This document shows, in pieces, positions 33,261-45,200 of a stretch of DNA of 64,000 nucleotides. Both the position numbers and the translations under genes were made by a program. The stretch is taken from positions 4,251,368 through 4,315,367 of the forward strand of contig NC_069006.1 of the NCBI RefSeq assembly GCF_001194135.2, written 5' to 3'. The stretch comes from Octopus bimaculoides. Lineage: Eukaryota. Numbering within the stretch: the stretch's first letter is position 1; each line of letters begins with the position of its first letter. The notes below the pieces were generated by a model. That model worked only from the letters and a program-made list of their open reading frames with translations. It was not told the DNA's origin and did no database searches.

Positions 33261-36200
33261 CTGCAAGATAAAAGGATAAAGGAATAAGGAAAGACTCAAA
33301 TATTGAATTTCTCCATGCTGGGGGAAAAAAAAATGCTTAGCTGCATTTCTTCTGATTTTAGGTTCTGAGTTCAAATACTGCCAGGGTCAAATTTGCATTT
33401 TGTCCTTTCAGGGTTGATAAAATAAGCACCAGTTAAGTACAGCTGTAAAAACCTTGCCAAAACTGGCCTCGCCTGTGCTTGTGCCACATAAAAAGCACCA
33501 AGTCCACTCTGCTGAGTGGTTGGTGTTAGGAAGGGCATCCAGCTGTAAAAATCCTGCCAAAACAGTCACAGAAGTCTGGTGCAGGCTTCGGCCTGGCCAG
33601 CTCTTGTGATACTGTCCCACCCATGCTAGCATGGAACACGGACATTACATGATGATGATTAACCTTTTCCCCTTATTTCTGTAACACTATTTTCTTTTTT
33701 TGCATATAAATTCTATAAACTTGAGGTTTAGTATCAGTGGCTCTGAATTTGAATAATTTTAAAATTTGGCAAATTAAAATTAAAATGCATAAAGTATATA
33801 ATGTCTGAAACAGCTCCTAAGTCTTCTTAGCAGCAAAGTACAGTGTCCACCCTGCTCCTTCCTACTACCTCTGAGACCTGCACTCGCAGCTGGCGTCACC
33901 CAAGCTCATGCTCATGGCTTCCATGCTCAGTGCAATGCCCTCCTATTTACCTTGTTCACTTTTCGGGTCTGTCATAAGCCTGAGGACAGATAAAGCTGGA
34001 GATTGATCTGGCTTCCACTGTATATAAATGGCTGGAATTGTAACACGCTCCACCAACCAATCGTATGATCTCGATTACAGTCCCAATGTGCAGAGGTCTT
34101 CTAGTGTAGCCAAGGGCTGACCAAAGCTTTGGAATTGGATTTGGTAGATGGAAACTGAAAGAAGCCTGTTGTATATGTTTGTGTGTGAGAGAGAGAGTGA
34201 GATAGATAGTTGTAAATGAACACCATTGTCATAAGAAACAGTGTCCTTTGTTTCCAGTCTGGAAACAAGTGAAGGTTGGTGACAGGAAAGGTATCCAACT
34301 GTAGAAAATCCATCTCAACAAATTCCACCCGACCCAGGCAAGCATGGAAAAGTGGATGTTAAAACAATGGTGGTGGCGGTGGTGGGGGGAAGCATGTTCA
34401 TTTTCAAAATATTGGGCGTTGGACAAAAAGAAAAAAGGTTGAGAGAGAGGTGAAGGTGCTGAGTTCAGAATATGTTATCAAGTTCAGATATAAATAGAGA
34501 CGTTTGTATTAGCAAGAGAAGAGAGAGAGGAAAGATAGGTTGATGGAAGGTACATGAACAACCAGCCATAATTGCTTACCAATTTCAATTGATCTTTTAT
34601 AGAGACTCTCTGCTTCCATATGATATTTCATGTCATAATTGTACAAAGAGGCAAGGTGCCCTACAGAGAGGGCAACTTCATAGTCATCTGGTCCCAACAG
34701 ACGTTCTTTGATCTCAATAGCTTTCAAATGGTGAGTTTCGGCAAGCTAAAAAATAAAAAAACAAAAAGCCTTTTAAATCATCCTTCAAAATACTTCCCAA
34801 AATTTGCCAACTGCACACCTGATGGCCCCTAGCTATTTTTTGCCAACAGTACACCTGATGGCCCATAGCTATTTTTTTTAACAATTAATTCACCGTTCAC
34901 TTCCTGTAAGTTATTCTATGTACTGTTCATGCACTTTTAGCAACTGCACATGAGTTCTGTATATAAGAATTTCAATATTATATCGTAAAATATATTCGCC
35001 AGCTAAATGTGGCTGTCCCATAGAGAACGATGTTACTGTGGTTTTTAGCCCCAGGAAGACATCTCCAGCTGGCTAACGACACACTGTCTGTGTCCAATTA
35101 ATATTTGCAAGGGGAGGTCATCGTTCCCATCTCTAGCCTTACGTGATGCACACAGACCCGGGTTTCTGAGTAGTTACCTGTCTGCAGTGTGTGATAATCC
35201 CTAGGGGGCTAAAAACAACAGTAACAGCGTCCTCTATGGGACTGCCACACTTAGTTGGCAAATATATTTTACGATTCTGTACTGTTACTTTTTACCTCTC
35301 ACTCAGAGATTTAATGTACATTATTATATCATTTTTTTATATACATCACCAATAATTGAAAATATCCACCCTAAGGAGCATTAAACTCGTTGACCAAACA
35401 TTAAAAAGGAGAGAACAACTTAGATAGAGGCAAAGCAATTTCAGCTGATATATGCCATCAGTCAATAGTTGTGGCTGATTTCTTATGAGCTCTGCTTCCC
35501 AGTCAGGTCACAGTTACCTCTCTTCTGGTATTTAATGCTGATAAGAACTTCAGAGTCTGAAATGCATGCATCCATCTGAGGGTGCATTAAGCTGACTCTG
35601 GTGTTTTACACCTTCTGTCTCATGAGAATTGTTTTTCTCTCTGTGACAAAACTGCATTGAAAAGCATTTTACAGGTTCAAACATATCAGAACTAATATTA
35701 CCAGATTTTCTGGCATACAAGTTGAATTTTCCAGACTCAAATTTACAGCCAAAAAAGGTAGGTCAACTTACTCACAACTTATTTGCCAATAAGTAATTAT
35801 GACATCTTCTAGAAGCAGAGATGATTTTACTAAACCAAGAACTTAGGTTGTATGGTATTTGATATATCTACATTTGTTTATAAATATATTGTGTGTGTGT
35901 GTGAATTCAAAACAATATGAACATGACAGGAGACTGGGACCTTTGGAGATATGCTGTGATTGAGAAGACCTGGCAACTAAAGTGAGATCACAGCCACGCA
36001 TGTCCGGCCCTGTTAAGAATACCCCTGATGTGTTGGGCTATATGATATGCTTGAGAAGACCTGTTGAGTCAAGACCAATATCGTAACTGTGGACAGTGCC
36101 ACCTGACTGGCTCCCATACCGGTGGCATGTAAAAAGCACAATCCAAATGTGGTTGATGCCAGGTCTGCCGAACTGGCTCTTGTGCCGGTGGCACATAAAA

Positions 36201-39200
36201 AGCACCAACCAAATGTGGCCGATGCCAGTACCCCCTGACTGGCTCCGGTACCTGTGGCAAGTAAAAAGCACCATCTGAACGTAATCAATGCCAGGCCCGC
36301 CTCATTGGCTCCTGCGCCAGTGGCACGTAAAAAGCACCCACTACACTCTCGGAGTGGTTGGCGTTAGGAAGGGCATCCAGCTGTAGAAACCTTGCCAGAT
36401 CAGATTGGAGCCTGGTGCAGCTGCTGGCTTTCCAGTTCTCGGTCAAACTGTCCAACCCATGCCAGCATGGAAAACGGAAGTTAAATGATGACGATGATGA
36501 TGAATAAATAAGCATTATATCTAACAAGAGTATTCTGAATGTTAAAGGTTAAATAATTAAAACANNNNNNNNNNNNNNNNNNNNNNNNNNNNNNNNNNNN
36601 NNNNNNNNNNNNNNNNNNNNNNNNNNNNNNNNNNNNNNNNNNNNNNNNNNNNNNNNNNNNNNNNNNNNNNNNNNNNNNNNNNNNNNNNNNNNNNNNNNNN
36701 NNNNNNNNNNNNNNNNNNNNNNNNNNNNNNNNNNNNNNNNNNNNNNNNNNNNNNNNNNNNNNNNNNNNNNNNNNNNNNNNNNNNNNNNNNNNNNNNNNNN
36801 NNNNNNNNNNNNNNNNNNNNNNNNNNNNNNNNNNNNNNNNNNNNNNNNNNNNNNNNNNNNNNNNNNNNNNNNNNNNNNNNNNNNNNNNNNNNNNNNNNNN
36901 NNNNNNNNNNNNNNNNNNNNNNNNNNNNNNNNNNNNNNNNNNNNNNNNNNNNNNNNNNNNNNNNNNNNNNNNNNNNNNNNNNNNNNNNNNNNNNNNNNNN
37001 NNNNNNNNNNNNNNNNNNNNNNNNNNNNNCCCACCGAGAACAATTCTCCCCAACGACAACTATCCCCCTCTCCAATATATTAAGAAGTTTTAAATCATCA
37101 TCTGTCGTCCTGGGGGGGAGGGGGTAAATGTCCCAGACTCTTTCCAAACACCAGCTTAATAATGATGTCATTTTACTAAATTTGTCATTATTTTCAAAAT
37201 AAATTGAAACAAAGGTCGTATATTTCAACAGAGGTATGGTAACAAAAGGGTTAAGGTGATCTTAATTAAAACCTTCCATCAAAATCTCGTTAATTTAGAT
37301 CACTTTGACCTTCTTGTTAGCATATATCTGTTGAAATACACTTTGTTACAATTAATTTTGTACAAAAAAAAAAAATGAAGAATTTAGTAAACTAGTCATT
37401 ACAAAGTTGGTGTTTGGCACATGCATTAACTTATAATTTTGAATGGAAAGCTTTAATTTAGATCACTTTGAAACAGTTATTTAGTTTTACAGGACTAGGG
37501 GTGGTCATGGACAGATTGGTACCAAGAGGGTCAGAGCCCAGTATTTTACAAAATAAATACAAAGAACTTCCAGTCACAGTATATTACTGGTACTTATTTT
37601 AGGGACTTTAGTTCTCGAGATCATCTGATTGACTTCACAAAGATGACAGGCATCACTTTTGGTAGTGTGTAATTGCTGTGACACTTTGGGGGCAAGTAAG
37701 TTCTACAATAGCCCTGGGCCAACCAAAGCCTTGTGAGTAAATTTGATAGACAGAAACTGCATGGAAGCCAATTATATCTATTTATGTAGGTGTGTGCACA
37801 TGCATATCTACAGGGTGTCCTTAAATTGTCTTAACGATTTGAAATATTCAGGAAAAATAAAGATAACTTTCCAAAGTTTATTAGAAAACATTGGCAAACA
37901 AATAGTTTTATTAGAAACATCAGAACACTTCCATATGGGATTGATTGGTTGCACACAACCTGCTGAATTATTCTTAGTTTTTTTCTGAATTTTTCAAATT
38001 GTAAAGGTAATTTATGGACATCCTGTATATGTGTGTGTGTCTCTCTCTCTCTCTCCTTCTCTTCACCTCATGTGATGATTGTCAATGAGCATCACCATCC
38101 TACATGCAATGCTGTCCATTTTCTGTCTTCCAGGTTGAAATCTTGTATCCCTTCATCAAGAATGCAATGATACCCAACGTGACACACTATTTTATGCTGA
38201 TATACACACAGACATAATGGGTGCCTGCATGGTTACATTCTACTAAATTCCATCCAGGAGGCACTGACCAACCATTTCTACAGCTATCCACCACTCTCTT
38301 CCACACATCATCAACAAACATCCATCTACCATTAGTATTCCCCTCCTATGACCTTCTGCCTTTACTCTCTCTCTCTCTCATTACTCCTTGCCATTATCAT
38401 TATCATTTCTTCCAGCAGTCCTGACTGCACACACACACACGATTCCGTGTGTGTGTGTGTGTGAAGCAAGGCAGCGAGCTGGCAGAGTCGTTAGCACGCT
38501 GGACGAAATGCTTAGTGATATTTCGCCCTTCGCTACGTTCTGAGTTCAAATCACCCCAAGGTCAATTTTGTGGAGGCGCAATGGCCCAGTGGTTAGTGCA
38601 GCGGACTCGTGGTGATAGGATCGCGGTTTCAATTCCAAGACCGGGCGTTGTGAGTGTTTATTGAGNNNNNNNNNNNNNNNNNNNNNNNNNNNNNNNNNNN
38701 NNNNNNNNNNNNNNNNNNNNNNNNNNNNNNNNNNNNNNNNNNNNNNNNNNNNNNNNNNNNNNNNNNNNNNNNNNNNNNNNNNNNNNNNNNNNNNNNNNNN
38801 NNNNNNNNNNNNNNNNNNNNNNNNNNNNNNNNTTTCTCTCACTCTTTCTTCCTGTTTCTGTTGTGCCTGTAATTCAAAGGGTCAGCCTTGTCACACTGTG
38901 TCACGCTGAATATCCCCGAGAACTACGTTAAGGGTACATGTGCCTGTGGAGTGCTCAGCCACTTGCACGTTAATTTCACGAGCAGGCTGTTCCGTTGATC
39001 GGATCAACTGGAACCCTCGACGTCGTAAGCGAAGGAGTGCCAACAACAATTTGTGAAGCCCTAATTTTTACTCCTTCCTTAGTTCTATCCAGTGGATTGT
39101 GGTCATATCAAGGGACCATCAACCAGTTTTATTGAAGGGAGACTCACCTTTAACTCTCTTTGATGAAGATAAGAGGAGATGGTCGCTTGGTAAGATCTTC

Positions 39201-42200
39201 AACAGAATCTCTATCGCCTTCTCAGCATGACGTCTACAATAAAAAAGAAAAACATGAAGAGAAACAATGAAATTCAATTCTCTTTTAATGGATTCCTAAC
39301 TTCCTGGTTTATCTTTTATCATTTATTTGTTTCAGGCATTGCACTGCGGCCATGCTGGGGCAATGCCTTGAAGTATTGTAGTCAAACAAATCAAAGCATT
39401 TATTATATAAGCCCGGTATTGATTCTATCATTCTCCTTTGCTGAACCGCTCGCTGACTTACAGGGATGCAAACAAACCAACACAGGTTGTCAAGCAGTGG
39501 CAGGAGACAAACAAAGACACACAGATATAGACGTATATATCTATACGTATAAAACAGACTGGGATTCGATTCATTTGATTAAAAAGTCTTCTAGATAGTG
39601 CCCCAGCATGACCACAGTCTGATGATCAAAACTAAAGAATAAGAGTAAAAGGAAACACCGGGGCCGATCTAATTAACTTACCCCACCCCTAAAATTACTG
39701 GCTTTGTGCCCAAAAATTTGAAACCATTCTTATTTCACAATAAATGTGCTTTCGTAATGCATTTACATTGAGCATGATACACAAATGGCTATTTTAATCT
39801 AATACTTGCTTATGTTGCATGCAACCGATTTTTATTCAACCAGGTGGCTAATTGCAACATCAGTGATTGTTGCCCAGCATGTGAATGATTCTGCAAGCTC
39901 ACAGCCCTAGAAATAATAATAATGATCCTTTCTAAAATGAGCACAAGGCTGGAAATTTTAGATGAGGAGGTGGGGGTGGGGGTAAATCGGTTACATCAAC
40001 CCCAGTACTTATTTCACTGACCCCAAAAGGATGGAAGGCAAAGTCAACCCTGGCGGAATTTGAACTCAAAATGTACAGCCAAAAAGAAATGCTGTAAAGC
40101 ATTGTGCCCAGTATGCTAACAATTCTGTCAACCTTCGAAGTAATAATAATATTATTTTTATATACACACACACACACACACATAGGTACACACATACATA
40201 CATAGGTACATACATACACAAATATGTACATACACACACACACACACACACATACAATGCAGTCATACCTGTGCCTATATATGTGTGTACATGTGTATGT
40301 ATATATGTGTGTGCATGTAAGAAGTTTGCTTCCCTACCACACAGTTCTGGGTTCAGTTCCACTGCGTGGCACCTTGGGCAAGTGTCTTCTACTATAGCCT
40401 CAGACCACCAAAGCCTTATGAGTGAATTTGGTAGACAGAAACTGAAAGAAGCCTATCGTGTACATGTGTGTGTGTTTGTTTGATCCCCCACCACCACTTG
40501 ACAACTGGTGTTGGTGTGTTTACATCCCTGTAACTTAGCAGTTTAGCAAAAGAGACCAATAGACTAGGTTCTAGGTTTAAAAGTAATAAGTACTGAGGTT
40601 AATTCATTCAACTAAAATTTCTTCAAGACAGTACTCCAGCATGGCCACAGTCTAATGACTGAAACAAGTAAAAAATAAAAAATATATATACATATATTAT
40701 ATATACATACATAAATATATATACATACATACATATATACATATATATATACATACATATATACATACATATATGAGAGAGAGAGAGAAAAAGCAAGGAA
40801 AGGAAATGAAGACAGAAACATTTTTTAAGAATGTCAGAATGCTGCCGGTTAAATAAAACAAGTCTAAACTCACTGAGCATCTTTGAAGTTCCCTGAGCTG
40901 TATTCATGGACATATGATGCGTACGCTAAGTCCTCGTGTGCCACAGCAACATGAAAATTGTTCCCACCAAAGACAGACAGACGAATATCTAGCGCCATCT
41001 GGTGAAGTTAGACAAAGAGAAAAATTAAAAATATAACGAAAATCATGTCAATAAAAAACAATGAAAGCATTTGTGAGCCGAGCATGAGTGTTGAGTAATC
41101 TTTAATAGGCACCCTCATGGAGGCAAAGTGGCTGAGCTCCTTAAGAGTGTTGGGGCTCACAGAGGCAATGCCCAAGACCTCTGGCATTATGTTGTGCTTG
41201 AGACAAAGACCCATCAAGCCAAGCAAAATCGCCCTCGTGGCAGATACTAGTGTTATGCAAATGGCACATAAAAGCACCCATTACACTCTCAGAGTGGTTG
41301 GTGTTAGGAAGGGCATTCAGCCATAGAAAACCCATACCAAATCAGACTGGAGCCTGGTGCAACCTTCCAGTATCCCAGCCCAGTCAAACCATCCAACCCA
41401 TGCTAGCATGGACAACGGACATTAAATGATGATACTGGTAGCCTCCCTATAATAGTCCACTCTGCTGAGTGGTTGGTGTTAGGAAGGGCAACCAGCTGTA
41501 AAAATCCTGCCAAAGCAGTCACAGAGGTTTGGTGCAGGCTTTTGCCTGGCTGGCTCTTGTCAAGCTGTCCCACCCATACCAGCATGGAAGGCAGACGCTA
41601 AACGATGATGAAGATGAATAAATTTCTGTTACCAATAAATCTAAAACTTTTCACAAATCACTGCCACAAACAATACTACAATGTAACATCATCATCATTA
41701 ACACCATCTAATGTCCATTTTCCATGCTGGGCAATTTGACAGAATCCAAAAGGTCAGAGAACTGTATTGTACTTCAATGCCTGCTTTGTCATGGCTCCTA
41801 CAGCTGGATGGCCTTTCTAATGCCAACCATTTTACAGATTGTACTAGGTAGATTTTTTTTTCAATCTTTTCTTTTGTTAGCACCAGCACTAGTGAGGTCA
41901 CCATGTAGCTCTCAAGGCTAATATTCCAATCACCGCCTTATTGACTAAGTGAGGATTCGGTAGAGAGGGAGGTGGTTTTGAGGTAGATGATGATGAAAGG
42001 TCAAAGTACACAGGAAGAGGCCAGAACAGAATAGGTTTCTGGCTGTAGAAGAGATTCATGGTTAATCACATTACATTTATCTTTGTTTATCACTAATTCA
42101 TTTATCACTGATCCAGGATAACATGGTATGTTCAATTGCAAGACATGTTATGCTTATTATGAATTGATCTGTGATAACATGGGTCAGTAATCAATCGAAG

Positions 42201-45200
42201 ATTATGCTTGGACTGAAAAAGCATGCCCCAGTGACCATCCACAACGCTTAGGGGTTTCAAATGCCAGTGCTGCCTGACTGGCTCCCGCATCGGTGGCACA
42301 TAAAAAGCACCATTCAAGCGTGGTCGATGCCAGTGCCACCTGACCTATCCGTGCTGGTGGCACGTTAAAAGCACCCACTACACTCTCGGAGTGGTTGGCA
42401 TTAGGAAGGGCATCCAGCTGTAGAAACCTTGCCAGATCAGATTGGAGCCTGGTGCAGCCTCCTGGCTTGCCAGTCCCAGTCAAACCGTCCAACCCATGCC
42501 AGCATAGAAAGTAAACGTTAAATAATGATGATGAAAATGAAACTTATTCATTTAACACTGATTCGTTTAACAGTTTTTTTTGTTTTTTAATCAAACACCA
42601 GTGATTAATAAGGATTGATGTCTACAAGAGTGAGTTGGAGTAAATAATAGTTGTGGAAATGGAAAGAGAAAAGACAAAATGACAAATCCTCAGATTTCTT
42701 TTGTAAATGTAAAATCCTCCACTGATAAAATTCTTACGTTGACAGCCATCAACAACCATCATCATCATCATCATCATCATCATTTAACGTCTCTTTTCCA
42801 TGCTGGCATGGGTTGGACTGAAACTGAGGAGTCAGACACCTGTGGTGAGCTCTGATGTCTTTAAAATGAAATCAAAAGCTGGACAGCTTAGCTATCTCCG
42901 ACGAAGTAAATGGCCAACATTTCTATGCTCCCTGGTTTCAATGGAGCAGGTCAGATTGGAAAATAAATAAAAGCAAGTGCACTATGAACATTACCTGATA
43001 GACTTTTACAGAAGCTGCTACAGAGTCAACATTTAATAAATAAAAACCATAATCTTGCAATGTATCAGCATATTTGGGATGGCGCTGACCAAAATGTTCA
43101 CTGGGAAAGAACAAAAAGAGTTAAAAATATTAAAAAAAGAAACATCTATGTTTATTATTGTAATAAAAAGACACATAGCTACAAATGCATGCATGCACAG
43201 ACACACATACACACACACACAGACGGACACACACAATCATTGTCATCGTTTAATGTCCGCTATTCCATGCTTGCATGGTGGATCAAATGGAATTTGTTGA
43301 GGCAGATTTTCTATAGTTGGATGCTCTTCCTGTTTCCAAACAAGATAGTATTTCCCCATGGCCAGATCAACACTTGGAACCTCACGTTAGTGAAGTGAGC
43401 TTCTTAAGCATTTGGCCACAACAAACACAACAGCTCTCATATGACTATTTGTGATAGAAAACAAATTGCATGCCCTGTTGCAGAGACCAGCTGCCCAACG
43501 GAAGTAAACATATCCTATGTCTCAAATGCACATGCATGGAACCAAGTATACTTGGTGCATGGCTTAGCGGTTAGGGGTATTCAGCTCACAATTGTAAGGT
43601 TGTGAGTTCAATTCCCAGCAGCACATTGTGTCCTTGAACAAGATACTTTATTTCACGTTGCTTCAGTTCACTCAACTGGCAAAAGTTAATTGTACCTGTA
43701 TTTCAAAGGGGCCAGCCTTATCACAGCCTTTTGTGTCATGCTGAATCATCATCATCATTTAACGTCCGTTGTCCATGCTGTCATGGGTCGGACGACTTGA
43801 CCAGGGCTGGTAAGCTGGAAGGCTGCACCAGACTCCAGTCTGATTTCACACGATTTTCTAAGGCTGGATGCCCTTCCTAACGCCAACCCCTCTGAGAGTG
43901 TAATGGGTGCTTTTACGTGTCACCAGCACAAGTGCCATTTGCCTGACACCGGTATCTGCCACGACTGCAATTTTGCTCAGCTTGATGGGTCTTCTCTCCC
44001 TGAGAAATACATTAAGGGTACATGTGTCTGTGGAGTGCTGAGTCACTTGCACAATGATTTCATGAGCAGGTTGTTCTGTTTATCAGATCAATTGGAACCC
44101 TCGTCAGCCAGTTTTAGCTTTATATTTGGTTCCCAAACAGTAAGGGTTAAAGGGAGGTTTCAAATGTATGTGTGTGTGTGTGTGTGTGTGCATGCACTTG
44201 TGCCCATACGTATTTATGTGTATAGAGATTCATGTATTTGCTCAATCAGTCATTCGTTTTTACATCCATTTTTCTATGCTTGCATCAGATGGACTAATAT
44301 GTGAGATGCAATTTGGTTTTATGCCAGGAAGGGGGACAATAGATGCAGGGTTCATTGTAAGGAGATTGAAGGAGGAATACCACGATAAGGGGAAGGAGTT
44401 GTACATGTGCTTCGTTGATCTGGAGAAGGCATTTGTTAGGGTTCCAAGGAAGGTGACTGAGTGGGCATTGAGGAAGAGCGGTGTACTAGAGGTATTAGTG
44501 AGGGCAGTGAGGAGTTTGTATGAAGGGGTTAAGACAAGAGGTAGAGTTGGATCAGAGGTGTCGGAGGAGTTTGCAGTGGAAGTTGGTGTGCATCAGGGAT
44601 CTGTGTTGTCACTGTTGTTGTTTGCAATAGTGGTTGATGTGGTGACGGAGGATGCAAGAGGATTGCTAATGGAGATACTGTGTGCGGATGACCTTGTTCT
44701 GATGAGTGAGATGATGGAGGGATAGGAGGCATTTGAAAGCAAGGGCTTGAAGGTAAACCTCGGGAAGACAAAGGTGATGGTGAGCAGGGTGGAAGGAGAA
44801 GTGTGAGTAAGGTACATCTATGTGGGAGGAGGGTAATGGCAAATGCGGTGTTGTGTACGAGATGTGAGAAATGGATTCATGGTAGGCGTACGAAAATGAA
44901 GAAGGTGACCCCAAGACTGGCAAGAGAGTTTGTCTGTGGAAGATGTGAGAAAGGAGCTGGAGGGCTGGCGAAGTCAGTGGAAACACTATGTGACAGGGTG
45001 GAGACGGTGAGAGGGTTTGTTATTTGGGAGATAAGGTGGATGTGAAGCATCTGTGACAGCAAGAGCAAGACTTGGCTGGGTGAAGTTCAAGGAATGTGGA
45101 GTGTTGTTATATGGGAAAAGGTTCTCATTGAAGATGAAAGGAAGGGTCTGTAGGAGTTGCATGAGAGCTGCAATGCTGTATGGGAGTGAGATGTGGTGTC

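Noticed and set aside
35770-35820. Minus-strand LLLEDVII resembling the missing ALILEEIAI exon start
   Set aside because: Stop codon within 17 codons and no further similarity
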